From positions 1-56,663 of the IMG/VR virus record IMGVR_UViG_3300032284_000958: a DNA stretch of 56,663 nucleotides; one strand, written 5' to 3'. Below, piece by piece: positions 28,017 through 37,807 of this stretch. The translations under genes were made by a program, and so were the position numbers. The notes below the pieces were generated by a model, which saw only the letters and a list, made by a program, of their open reading frames with translations, had not been told where the DNA came from and searched no databases. How positions within the stretch are numbered: the first letter of the stretch is position 1; every line of letters starts with the position of its first letter. Source of the DNA: a virus (Duplodnaviria; Caudoviricetes).

Positions 28017-28314
28017 TTTCAGTGATGAGTTTTATGAACGGTGGGAACATCTACTTTCTGATGCAGAAATAACAGAGGTTCCCATGCGGTTTATAAAAGA
28101 AGTAAGCGTAACATTTGATAATGATGACCAGAAAATCTTTGACATAGCACACATGTTAGCGTCTGGTCATGATATTGAATTAATAGAAGAAACCATCGAA
28201 GAGTTCCTTGAAGAACACGATGATGATATTGCAGTTGTCGATTTCCATATTAACATCCCTGCATTAGCTGAAGAAGTTGATGCAAAAACAAACAAATTGT
28301 TAGACAGTGATTAA
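28009..28314 (+). CDS. Hypothetical acidic protein
   Basis: Overlapping operon ORF. Confidence 0.65.
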   Translation: MHNFSDEFYERWEHLLSDAEITEVPMRFIKEVSVTFDNDDQKIFDIAHMLASGHDIELIEETIEEFLEEHDDDIAVVDFHINIPALAEEVDAKTNKLLDSD

Positions 28315-28801
28315 AGCAATCTTTGCAGTAGATCGTAATGGTGGATTAGGTCAAGGCGGTTCGCTGCCTTGGCCACACGACCGTGAAGATATGTTGTGGT
28401 TTAAAAATGCCACAACTAATCACATTGTTGTTATGGGTAGTAACACATGGTTAGACCCAGTGATGCCCAAACCACTTCCAAACCGTCATTGTGTGGTTGT
28501 ATCCAATCAAGACGTTTCATTATTTCCGCAAGCCCACGATACTATCTGGGGCGGTGCACTCGAAAAAAGTTTACGTGTATTAGAATTACAAAACCCTGAT
28601 AAACATATTTGGATTATTGGCGGTGCCAAGCTAATTAATAGTACAAAACATCTTTTCCGTGAAATCCATCTCACAATATTTGACAAAGCATATGATTGTG
28701 ATGTATTATTAGATGTTGATGGATTGCTTAGCGGGTTTGAAGAACGTTATAAAACTTGGGGTAAAGATAAAACTTTTTCGGTGTGGAATGCAAAATTATA
28801 A
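28307..28801 (+). CDS. frd: Dihydrofolate reductase
   Basis: GSLPWP..EDM.WFK..T, VVMGSNTW, PLPNR, WIIGG. Confidence 0.93.
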   Translation: MIKAIFAVDRNGGLGQGGSLPWPHDREDMLWFKNATTNHIVVMGSNTWLDPVMPKPLPNRHCVVVSNQDVSLFPQAHDTIWGGALEKSLRVLELQNPDKHIWIIGGAKLINSTKHLFREIHLTIFDKAYDCDVLLDVDGLLSGFEERYKTWGKDKTFSVWNAKL

Positions 28802-29675
28802 TCATTTATGTTCTAAAATAATTCTTAATGGTATTGAAAGCACGGACAGAACTGGCGTTGGTACGCTAAGTATGTTCGGCGAGCAGTTACGATTTAACCT
28901 TGCTGATGGGTTTCCCGCAGTAACGACTAAAAAATTAGCATGGAAATCCATGGTAAGCGAACTGCTGTGGTTTATTGAGGGTAGTGGCAATGAAAGACGA
29001 TTGGCAGAAATATTATACGGACTATCGGGTGCAGAAGGAAAGCAGACCATCTGGACTGCAAATGCTGACGCACCTTATTGGAAGCCAGGTGCTCGCTATG
29101 TTGGCGATCTTGGTCGTGTATATGGTGTTCAGTGGCGGCACTGGCGGACAGTAGACGAGAACGAACAACCATGGATTACTGGTCTTAATAAAATAAATTA
29201 TCGTGAAACTGACCAACTTGTTGACCTTATAAACGGTCTTAAGAACGATCCAACAGGCCGTCGTCATATACTCAGTGCATGGAATCCAGGTGAGTTGAAG
29301 CAAATGGCTCTACCACCTTGTCACATGTTTGCACAATTTTATCTACGTAATAACAAACTTAGTTGTCAGATGTATCAACGCAGTGCTGACGTATTCTTAG
29401 GTGTACCATTTAATATTGCCAGCTACGCATTGCTTACACATCTTGTGGCTAAAGAAATCGGTGCTGATGTTGGTGAACTTATCCTAACATTCGGTGATGT
29501 TCATATCTATAAGAACCACGTAGACCAAGTTAAAGAACAGATTAGTCGTCGTCCATATCCACTGCCTACGCTTGATATTAGTGCCGTAGATAGTCTCTTT
29601 ACAGCTACTATGGACCAAATCAAACTGGTAAATTATCAATCACATCCTGCTATCAAAGCTGATATGGCGGTATAA
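28788..29675 (+). CDS. thyA: Thymidylate synthase (ThyA)
   Basis: DRTGVGT, ELLWF, YGVQWR, MALPPCH, YQRSADVFLGVPFN, HIYKNH. Confidence 0.97.
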   Translation: MQNYNHLCSKIILNGIESTDRTGVGTLSMFGEQLRFNLADGFPAVTTKKLAWKSMVSELLWFIEGSGNERRLAEILYGLSGAEGKQTIWTANADAPYWKPGARYVGDLGRVYGVQWRHWRTVDENEQPWITGLNKINYRETDQLVDLINGLKNDPTGRRHILSAWNPGELKQMALPPCHMFAQFYLRNNKLSCQMYQRSADVFLGVPFNIASYALLTHLVAKEIGADVGELILTFGDVHIYKNHVDQVKEQISRRPYPLPTLDISAVDSLFTATMDQIKLVNYQSHPAIKADMAV

Positions 29676-30581
29676 ATGCGTTACTATGTTCTTGGTGGGT
29701 CTGGTTTTATCGGACATGTCGTGGTCAATAAACTGCTTGAACTTGGTGAAGAGGTTGTCGTTATCGATTGCCTAAGTCCATATTCCGAGGTGTATAAAAA
29801 ACGTAGACCACCAAGGCATCTTCGTAAAAACTTTAAGTTGCGGAACTATTACGTTTCGTATGCTATTAAAAATAACCCCTTACGTCCATCTGACGTTGTT
29901 ATACACTTGGCAAATACTCCAAATCAAGCTGGGTTTTCAAACTCACCAGATGGTCATTACCAAAGTGTATTTGTAGATAATATGAGCACAAATCAACACG
30001 TGATTGAATGGTGTGCTGTTGCCAGTGCAAGATTGGTGTATGTTAGTAGCAGTATGGTATATGGAAATTGGACAGGTAGCGTCAGTGAAAGTGTTGCCCC
30101 AAATCCTGTAAATGCATATGGTCGTATGAAACTATGCACTGAAAATATCATAACTGACTCACTGCACAAATATACTATTATCCGCCCAACGGCTGTATAT
30201 GGACCAAATGATAGCTTGGGCCGTGTTATTTCTCTTTGGGTGCATGATGCAAAAGTTGGTGACCCAATATACGTTGACTCGCCTGATGCACAACTTGATT
30301 TCACACATGTGGATGATACTGCTAATGGTATCGTCGCAGCAGCACTGGCTAATTATTACACGCAAGGTGTGTTTAATATTAGTGCAGGACGTGCATGGAC
30401 GCTATTAGATGCAGCACAACTAATTGTTAAAACAATTGGTAGTAAGAGTGAAATCATATGTGGTAAAGGATTGCCACCAGATATGCCACGCCGTGGTGCG
30501 CTTGATATTACCAAGGCAGATAGTATGTTGAATTATAGACCACGTATTAAGTTTGAAGACGGAATTAGAACACTACTATGA
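29676..30581 (+). CDS. NAD-dependent nucleotide-sugar epimerase/dehydratase
   Basis: GGSGFIG, SSSMVYG, YGRMK, VYGP, DFTHVDD. Confidence 0.9.
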   Translation: MRYYVLGGSGFIGHVVVNKLLELGEEVVVIDCLSPYSEVYKKRRPPRHLRKNFKLRNYYVSYAIKNNPLRPSDVVIHLANTPNQAGFSNSPDGHYQSVFVDNMSTNQHVIEWCAVASARLVYVSSSMVYGNWTGSVSESVAPNPVNAYGRMKLCTENIITDSLHKYTIIRPTAVYGPNDSLGRVISLWVHDAKVGDPIYVDSPDAQLDFTHVDDTANGIVAAALANYYTQGVFNISAGRAWTLLDAAQLIVKTIGSKSEIICGKGLPPDMPRRGALDITKADSMLNYRPRIKFEDGIRTLL

Positions 30582-31645
30582 ACATTCCATTTACTGATTT
30601 ATATCAACAATATCGTGAGGCAGAGTCTGCGATAGACCTTGCCATTGCTCGCACGATTGCAACCAACAGCTTTATCACTGGCCCAGATGTCATCACATTT
30701 GAGACTACGATGGCAGAGTATCTTGGTGTGCCAGCATTTGCGAGCACAGGTAGCTGCACAACAGCCCTACAGGTAGCACTTAAGGCATGTAATGTTGGCG
30801 TAGGTGACGAGGTTATTACAACCAGTCATACGTTTGTAAGCACTGTAGAGGCCATTGTAAACGTAGGTGCTACACCTATCATGGTTGATATTGACGAGTA
30901 TTATCAGCTATCACCGCATAAGTTAGACAAATATATTACACCAAAGACAAAAGCCATACTTGCTATGGATGCATATGGTCAAAGTTGCGACATTCATACA
31001 CTGCGTTATTATGCAGATGAGTTTGGATTATACCTTATCAATGATAGTGCACACAGCTTTGGCAGTGCTATTATGAATGTAGCTGACCTTAACTGTTTCT
31101 CATTCAATCCTATCAAAAACTTTGGTGCTATGGGAGATGCTGGTGGCGTAGGTGGTCGTGCAGACCTTGTTGAACGTTGCCGTATGTTCCGTGACCATGG
31201 ACGTAATACAAAGTTTGTATTTGAAGAAGTTGGATACAATGCACGTATTGATAACATGCAAGCCAATATCCTGCTTGCCAAGTTGCCATACCTAAAAGGT
31301 TGGAACGAGGGTAGAGCACGTGTAGCTGCACGGTATGATACTGCACTTAAGGATATTGTGAGCATCCCACTACGCTCTGGTCTTAGTGACCATGTGTATT
31401 ATGTGTATGTCATACAGGTTGATAACCGTGATAATCTTGCACAATATCTTAAAGAGTGTGGTATTGCTACTAATATTCATTATCCTATACCGTGCCACTT
31501 ACAACCAGCGTTTAAGCAGTGGCATAGAGAATTACCAAACTGTGAACGTGCAAGTAAGCGTATACTAAGCCTACCATGCTATCATAGCTTGACAGAACAA
31601 CAACAATATTATATAATTGACAAGATTTGGAATTGGAAACCATGA
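30578..31645 (+). CDS. DegT/DnrJ/EryC1/StrS PLP sugar aminotransferase
   Basis: GDEVIT, DSAHSFG, SFNPIKNFGAMGDAG, GYNARID, LSLP. Confidence 0.93.
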   Translation: MNIPFTDLYQQYREAESAIDLAIARTIATNSFITGPDVITFETTMAEYLGVPAFASTGSCTTALQVALKACNVGVGDEVITTSHTFVSTVEAIVNVGATPIMVDIDEYYQLSPHKLDKYITPKTKAILAMDAYGQSCDIHTLRYYADEFGLYLINDSAHSFGSAIMNVADLNCFSFNPIKNFGAMGDAGGVGGRADLVERCRMFRDHGRNTKFVFEEVGYNARIDNMQANILLAKLPYLKGWNEGRARVAARYDTALKDIVSIPLRSGLSDHVYYVYVIQVDNRDNLAQYLKECGIATNIHYPIPCHLQPAFKQWHRELPNCERASKRILSLPCYHSLTEQQQYYIIDKIWNWKP

Positions 31646-32523
31646 AGATTTGGCTTGTAGGCAGTGGATATTGGGGCAGTAAGATTGCTGCAAAACTAAC
31701 GAAACTTGGTATTGAACATCAGATAATTGATATTAAAAATGGTCAGACTATTGATGATATCAATACACCTGACCCAGTTATGCTTGCGACACCACTGTGG
31801 GAACACTATGCACAAGCACTACAACTAATCCATAATGGTCATGATGTTTATATTGAGAAACCAGCAGCAGAAAATAGTGACCAAGTAATTGATTTACTAA
31901 AGTCTACAAAAGATAATATCGTTATGGTTGGACACATTTACATGTATAACCCAATCCTACACAAATTAAAAAGCATGATTGATACTGGTGTGCTTGGCGA
32001 GATACAATTTATCGGCAGCGTCCGCACAAACCTTGGCATCTATCAAACAAAAACTACGCCGCTACTGAGTTTGGCACCACATGATTTTACTATTATTGAT
32101 CACCTATTAGGTGGTGACCTGTTCATCAAGTCTGGACGTGGATACAAGTATAGTCCTGATAGCCCATATGCAGACCGTGTATTGGTAGGAGGATATAACT
32201 GGCATATTGATGTAAGCTGGGCACATCCTGAACGCAAGCGTGAGGTTACTGTTATTGGGACCAAGGCACAGGCAGTGTGGAATGACGATGCCAAGACATT
32301 AGTCATTCATAAGAACAATGTCGTTGATGGTCGTTTAGTATTGAATGAAGTTAAAGAATCATTTCATTGGAAGTCTGATGTAGACCCACTACAAAATGAA
32401 CTTGAACATTTTATTGATTGTGTGAAGAATAGAAAAAGCCCAATGACTGACTTGAAGTATGCGAGAACAATGGCAGACTACATTGATATTGCACAGTTAC
32501 TCGTTGACTTCTCCATGCAATGA
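31642..32523 (+). CDS. Gfo/Idh/MocA oxidoreductase
   Basis: GSGYWG, ATP..H, IEKP, MVGH, LAPHD. Confidence 0.9.
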   Translation: MKIWLVGSGYWGSKIAAKLTKLGIEHQIIDIKNGQTIDDINTPDPVMLATPLWEHYAQALQLIHNGHDVYIEKPAAENSDQVIDLLKSTKDNIVMVGHIYMYNPILHKLKSMIDTGVLGEIQFIGSVRTNLGIYQTKTTPLLSLAPHDFTIIDHLLGGDLFIKSGRGYKYSPDSPYADRVLVGGYNWHIDVSWAHPERKREVTVIGTKAQAVWNDDAKTLVIHKNNVVDGRLVLNEVKESFHWKSDVDPLQNELEHFIDCVKNRKSPMTDLKYARTMADYIDIAQLLVDFSMQ

Positions 32524-34266
32524 TTTGAAGTAATCACGCAACCATTCCCAACGAAACGTGTTCTTACGATACTCTGGATCGTTACGATACTTTTCATAGA
32601 ATGCTGCACCGTCACGTGCTCCACGTAATGCCCACTCGCTATACTGGCCATGTGCCACATTCTGCCATACATATAATCTGTAATCTGTTTCAACACTTGG
32701 CGTGGTTTCGGAAAACTCTTTTAGCTTATGTGACTCACGGAAAGCGGTTCTCCATGTGTGATAGGGGTCTTGGTCAAACACGCCATAGCAGCTTATAATC
32801 GGCACAACAGCATGGTCAAAACTTAGTGTATAGTCTGTACCAAACACACCAAACTCTGGTGCATTTAGTACCATCTTTGCATTATACATAATAATTCCCA
32901 TGTGACCATATTCTAAGTTATTCACCATGTTACGACTATAGAAAATATAGTGCTTGGGCTTTTGCCAATAATCTGGTGTAAAGTTAAAGTTAAAGTTACG
33001 ATGCACACGAGTTTTAGCAAATACTGCATAGAACCATGGTGTATTACTTGCACGTGCCGCTGCCTTTAGTGCATTCTCCATGCCCTCAACACCATGTACA
33101 CGTTTTACATTTTCAAACCCACGCAATTCTTCGTAGTTTTTATCAGCATCAGGCTCATCATAACTTATAAAAACAATATCACTATATGAACTTGGCATAA
33201 ACTCTGCGGTCTTATCCAAGTATAGATATTCATATATTTCATCTTTAGCTAAGCAGTCACGTGGTACTAATGATATACTATTGTCAGCACTTAGTGATAC
33301 AACAGGACGTTTCTCCCACAGGCATACATCTGGTACAATGTACTCATCAAACTCTTGATTGCTGAACAGTGTGTATATAGCTGATGATTTTTTATGTAGA
33401 GCAGTTGCTAAGCTATCTTGATTGTAGTATACAACAGGCCACTGCTTGCGTGGAACAGCGGTATGATTAAAGTTCCATGTATGAACTTCATTATTAATGA
33501 ATTGTGGAACATATATCAGGAACGTATCACCCTTTTCACAGGTACCACTTGGCCAACAATGCACCTGATGTTCTTGGTCGGCATCTGGTAACCAACCAAA
33601 ATCAAATGCGGTATAATCACAGCAGTCTGCAACAATCCACAACCATGGTGATTTACATTTTCTAACAGCATTCTTGATAGCTTCTTCCATAGTCGTAACC
33701 AATCTAACACGAAAATCGTGTGTCTGGCCAGAACCTACACCAGTATCAAGTAAGCACGTATCATAATATTTTTCGCCGTATGCAAGACCAGCCCAGTGAT
33801 ACTTTACTTCAGGGCTGCGATTGAGTAGCCGTGTATATGATAGTTGTTCCTTGCCATTCATAGTAAAGGCATGACTCATGTTCCAGTCCCATACGGATGG
33901 GAACCAATTGAAATTAAAATCAGTGTAGTCAATACGGTCGTCAGTTGCCCAATGCCACAATTCACCGTGCAGTGGAGTTTTTACTGGCAGTATGTTCTCA
34001 TTGTGAAAAACACTTTCCGCTTGACTCCACTCCACATTAACTGGTATCAACCATGTTGTATAACATTGTGTATTGTGGTGGCTGGGCCAAGCATGATAGA
34101 AGTTCTTCTGATGACGTATTGACATCCAGTGCCAATTAAAGTTACTGTAGTCTACACTACGATGACATAACCAAACATACTCGGTGCGACTATTGGCACG
34201 TGCATGTTCAAACAATAATGTAATATCTATGCAATCGTCGTAGTCATACCAAAACTTATCAAACAT
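32497..34266 (-). CDS. Glycosyltransferase-like protein with repeated degenerate domains
   Basis: The C-terminal domain (IVFISYDEP..RVHGVEG..AA...TWRTAFRE..KL...GARDG) is paralogous to 41826..42764. The N-terminal part repeats DY..F.F.W.P. Confidence 0.65.
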   Translation of the reverse strand: MFDKFWYDYDDCIDITLLFEHARANSRTEYVWLCHRSVDYSNFNWHWMSIRHQKNFYHAWPSHHNTQCYTTWLIPVNVEWSQAESVFHNENILPVKTPLHGELWHWATDDRIDYTDFNFNWFPSVWDWNMSHAFTMNGKEQLSYTRLLNRSPEVKYHWAGLAYGEKYYDTCLLDTGVGSGQTHDFRVRLVTTMEEAIKNAVRKCKSPWLWIVADCCDYTAFDFGWLPDADQEHQVHCWPSGTCEKGDTFLIYVPQFINNEVHTWNFNHTAVPRKQWPVVYYNQDSLATALHKKSSAIYTLFSNQEFDEYIVPDVCLWEKRPVVSLSADNSISLVPRDCLAKDEIYEYLYLDKTAEFMPSSYSDIVFISYDEPDADKNYEELRGFENVKRVHGVEGMENALKAAARASNTPWFYAVFAKTRVHRNFNFNFTPDYWQKPKHYIFYSRNMVNNLEYGHMGIIMYNAKMVLNAPEFGVFGTDYTLSFDHAVVPIISCYGVFDQDPYHTWRTAFRESHKLKEFSETTPSVETDYRLYVWQNVAHGQYSEWALRGARDGAAFYEKYRNDPEYRKNTFRWEWLRDYFKSLHGEVNE

Positions 34267-35377
34267 GTGAGCGATAACCTGGCATTAAGTATGCAATCTG
34301 TCTCTCTTCATGGTCAACATCTGCCCAACTGTAATCGTATACTGCGGTCACACCATCAACTGTGATACTGTAAATATCCAAATAATCACCCATCATTTCC
34401 CAAATCTTATCTACGTCATTAGTTCCAAAACTACGTTGCGTATCAATACGGGCCAACTCAAGATAGCCGAGACTAAGATTGGTGTCACTGGGACTATAAC
34501 CCTCACGAACCAACCAAGCACGATACCTGTCTTGCTCATCGGTATGCCAAGAATGTATTCCATAACATACATCACGACCCCACTCAATATCAAACTCACC
34601 ACTGTAATACTGTAGGTGAGTAATTGCGTCACAGGTTGCCTTATCAAGTTCTGGTGCACCTTCATCTCGGAAAACTTCCATAAGAGTTTTTCCAATTTGT
34701 GTCCAGTGCATATAAATGTGTGCAAATCTTCTATCGTAACCATTTTTTATAAATCCTTGACGATGTTCTGGTGTAAGGTCATGTCGGCGAGCATTTAAGA
34801 ATGTTGTTATTTGGCTAGGGCGAACCCATTGCGGGTCATAGTGCGCCTTACGTATGCTGAGACACAGTGTTTCAATTTCATGGCATAGGTTATTGATTTG
34901 TCTTATGCTGTATTTTACTTCTGGTGATGCAAGTTTGTAATACGGACTAAGATTTTCAACTGTGCCTTGTAGGTGTTCAAAATAATTATGAACAATATTC
35001 ATAACATCATGATTTGGTCCACCACCACGCTTGCCTGATTCGTTTATACCAGTAAGTGGTATCATTACCAGTTGCGGCGTATAGTGCGTGACTAGCGGAT
35101 ATGGGTCAAGGCCCACACTTTGCCAAATATTAGTATCATTAAAGTTATCAACCCGTGTAGTGTGGCGACTTAGTTCACGTGTAAGATATTCAAGATTGCG
35201 TTGAGAGTTAGGCCACCCATGCCAGCAATAATTTTTTTCAAGAACACTGTTACGGTGCAATTCATCCTGCAATGCCACTACCCAATCTTTAGCAAGCTGC
35301 GTATCGTTTGGTTCAATATATACTGGTAATAGTTTAGACTTATCCAGTGGATTGCGTAGTGTCATTATAATGGTCAT
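34259..35377 (-). CDS. Hypothetical protein associated with the radical SAM cluster
   Basis: ATGA overlap; HNYFEHL and NNLCHEIE are possible metal ligands. Confidence 0.75.
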   Translation of the reverse strand: MTIIMTLRNPLDKSKLLPVYIEPNDTQLAKDWVVALQDELHRNSVLEKNYCWHGWPNSQRNLEYLTRELSRHTTRVDNFNDTNIWQSVGLDPYPLVTHYTPQLVMIPLTGINESGKRGGGPNHDVMNIVHNYFEHLQGTVENLSPYYKLASPEVKYSIRQINNLCHEIETLCLSIRKAHYDPQWVRPSQITTFLNARRHDLTPEHRQGFIKNGYDRRFAHIYMHWTQIGKTLMEVFRDEGAPELDKATCDAITHLQYYSGEFDIEWGRDVCYGIHSWHTDEQDRYRAWLVREGYSPSDTNLSLGYLELARIDTQRSFGTNDVDKIWEMMGDYLDIYSITVDGVTAVYDYSWADVDHEERQIAYLMPGYRSHV

Positions 35378-36672
35378 ATGTTGTTCCACCATGCCAGCAC
35401 ATCAAGACGTGCTGATAATATCTTTTCTATTGTTATCTTATCATCTTTACGAACCGTTTCCAATTTTAATAAATGTGCCTTACCAATCTTAGCATCATGT
35501 TCATATGTGTCTGGAAACTGCTCAGCAAAGGTAGGTCGTGTCTTAAGATGTTCAAGTGTATCCCAGAGACTTTGAGTTCGGCGTGTTATCTTATCCTTTA
35601 TTTTAGATTGAATATCTTCAATAAACGGTATAAGAATGTTTCGTGGTAATGCCAGTGGACTTAGTAGTATATCTGGCGAAAACGCAAAGATTACTTTACT
35701 GAGTAAATCTACATTCAGTTCATCAGCAAGAGCAATGATATTTTCCAAATCGTATAGCCCAAGGGTAGTAAGAGTAAAGTCAAGACGCATCTGACGAGGG
35801 TGTCTTGAGTGTATAATGCCATCTCTAAAGTTCCGTAAAAAACTATCATAATCAAGGCCAGTTCTAATATATTCACCGATATCTCCTGTTCCATCTAAAC
35901 TTGCACATATTTCCCAGTGCGGAAATTGCTTTAATAAATCCCATAATGTTCCTACCTTATCTTCTACATAACTTAAGTTAGTATTGTAACGGATACGAAC
36001 TTGGTCTGCGTATCCCAACTCAACAATGCGGCGCATGTATGTCCAGTGTTCATCATATAGCAGTGGCTCACCGCCTACCCAATAGATTTCACGCACACTT
36101 TTATTTTCAATTGCACTACGAAACTCTGGTATTACCGTATCACGTGTGAAGTTACGAATAGCATGGCGATTCTTTGACTGCATCCAAAAGTTTTTAGGAT
36201 TGTTCAGGTCTACCATATTATTTTTAGTGACCTCAACTTCCCACGATGAACTTAACATGTCGCCGCACATACGGCATTTGAAGTTGCATACATTACTGTA
36301 GCGATAATCCCAAGAGATAGGTTCTAGTGTAGTATGCCCGTCAGCATCTGTATTAGCCAAGACGCTATCACGTAGATGACCAAAAAGATGTCCAAAGTAA
36401 TCACGATATACAGAAGTGTTAAGTAACTTTTTATCGCAGACCTCACATGCTGATGGAACTTCACCAGCCAACCATTGCTTTCTAATCGTTCTAATATGTT
36501 CGCCATTCCACCAATCCTTTAATGTGAGCGGCGTAAACTGTCCATCACCACCAGCCGTATCAATATACTGTTTGAAGTTCTGCGCAGGTTCTCGTGACGC
36601 ACAGCACAGTCGCCGTTCACCTTGTGGTGAAATATAGGTGTGCGTAAATGGCGCTAAGCAAAAATCATTCAT
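35374..36672 (-). CDS. Radical SAM protein with N-terminal twitch domain (no. 5)
   Basis: CLAPF..CC..CEVC; CNFKCRMC; GGEPL; YNTN; SLDG. Confidence 0.92.
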   Translation of the reverse strand: MNDFCLAPFTHTYISPQGERRLCCASREPAQNFKQYIDTAGGDGQFTPLTLKDWWNGEHIRTIRKQWLAGEVPSACEVCDKKLLNTSVYRDYFGHLFGHLRDSVLANTDADGHTTLEPISWDYRYSNVCNFKCRMCGDMLSSSWEVEVTKNNMVDLNNPKNFWMQSKNRHAIRNFTRDTVIPEFRSAIENKSVREIYWVGGEPLLYDEHWTYMRRIVELGYADQVRIRYNTNLSYVEDKVGTLWDLLKQFPHWEICASLDGTGDIGEYIRTGLDYDSFLRNFRDGIIHSRHPRQMRLDFTLTTLGLYDLENIIALADELNVDLLSKVIFAFSPDILLSPLALPRNILIPFIEDIQSKIKDKITRRTQSLWDTLEHLKTRPTFAEQFPDTYEHDAKIGKAHLLKLETVRKDDKITIEKILSARLDVLAWWNNI

Positions 36673-37807
36673 AGCCGATTGCCGCCGCTATTTCAGGATG
36701 ATGGTCACTAAACTTTTGATTACGCTGTACATCACTTTGTTTTAGCACACGAACTAAATCTGAGCCATCACTACTCATGCCCTTATACATAAACGTTAGC
36801 AAGTTTTTAACTTCGTCTGCGTATGGTCCACTATAATTTGCATACTTGTTATAAATCAAATCTTTTGCACGTTGTGTTAGGTGTGAGATACTAAAATGCC
36901 AAGCGTCATGCAGTACATTGAAGTAAACATAATCAAACCGTTGATGTGGTATCCACTCACACATCTCATCAATGTAGTAAAAGTTCTGAACGTTTGTTGT
37001 CAGACATAGTTGTAGTATAATATTAGAATTGGCATCACGCAGTTCACGGAACTTCTGTAGATTTTCCAGCGTCTTTTCCCAATTAGCACCATACCGTTGA
37101 TACTCAAATCGTGGGCCGATGTCATCGATACTCAGTGCAATCTCTACTGACTTAAAGTGTGGCCACAGTTCTAACCCACGCTTTGGTATTGTAGTTGTAT
37201 TGGTATTATAGTGTATATCAATGTCTTTGGCGTATCCCATCTCAACTGCTATCTCAAGCAGTGTGAAGTGCTCATCGATAAGGAATGGCTCGCCGCCTGT
37301 AAACTCAAAGTATCTTACGTTGGCTAACAGTTCTGTTAGGTCAGTCCAAAATGCATCTGCTTTACGTGGCCAACGACCATTCATAAGATTTTGTCGTGCC
37401 GTCATATTGTCAGGGTATATGTCTAATTCTTCTGATGCCCACTTACTGCTACTAAAGCTGCCGCATATACGACACTTAAGATTACAAATATTGCCAAGTT
37501 TTAAATCAAGGAATACTAACTTGCTTTCATCAGTGTTGACATTCTTTAACTTATCTAGTGTATGTTGACGTTTGCTTTTACGACCAGCGTCTTCTTCTGC
37601 CCAACAACGACCACACTCTTCTGGCTTTTCACCACGAAGAAACTGCTCACGTAATCCATACATATAATCACTGTTAAAGGCTTCGCTAAGTGTATTTTTC
37701 TTTAAGTTGATATCTGGAATAGTTTTAGTAGACAGGCAGCATACCTTACACTTACCCATTGGGTCAGCTTCGAGACTGGTAAATGGCAATAAACATAGGT
37801 TACTCAT
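36665..37807 (-). CDS. Radical SAM protein with N-terminal twitch domain (no. 4)
   Basis: CLLPF..CC..CGRC; CNLKCRIC; GGEPF; SIDD. Confidence 0.92.
   Translation of the reverse strand: MSNLCLLPFTSLEADPMGKCKVCCLSTKTIPDINLKKNTLSEAFNSDYMYGLREQFLRGEKPEECGRCWAEEDAGRKSKRQHTLDKLKNVNTDESKLVFLDLKLGNICNLKCRICGSFSSSKWASEELDIYPDNMTARQNLMNGRWPRKADAFWTDLTELLANVRYFEFTGGEPFLIDEHFTLLEIAVEMGYAKDIDIHYNTNTTTIPKRGLELWPHFKSVEIALSIDDIGPRFEYQRYGANWEKTLENLQKFRELRDANSNIILQLCLTTNVQNFYYIDEMCEWIPHQRFDYVYFNVLHDAWHFSISHLTQRAKDLIYNKYANYSGPYADEVKNLLTFMYKGMSSDGSDLVRVLKQSDVQRNQKFSDHHPEIAAAIGYE

Noticed and set aside
28788-29675. ThyA homolog as a base-modifying hydroxymethylase
   Set aside because: It has canonical ThyA motifs, including PFN, and an adjacent DHFR.
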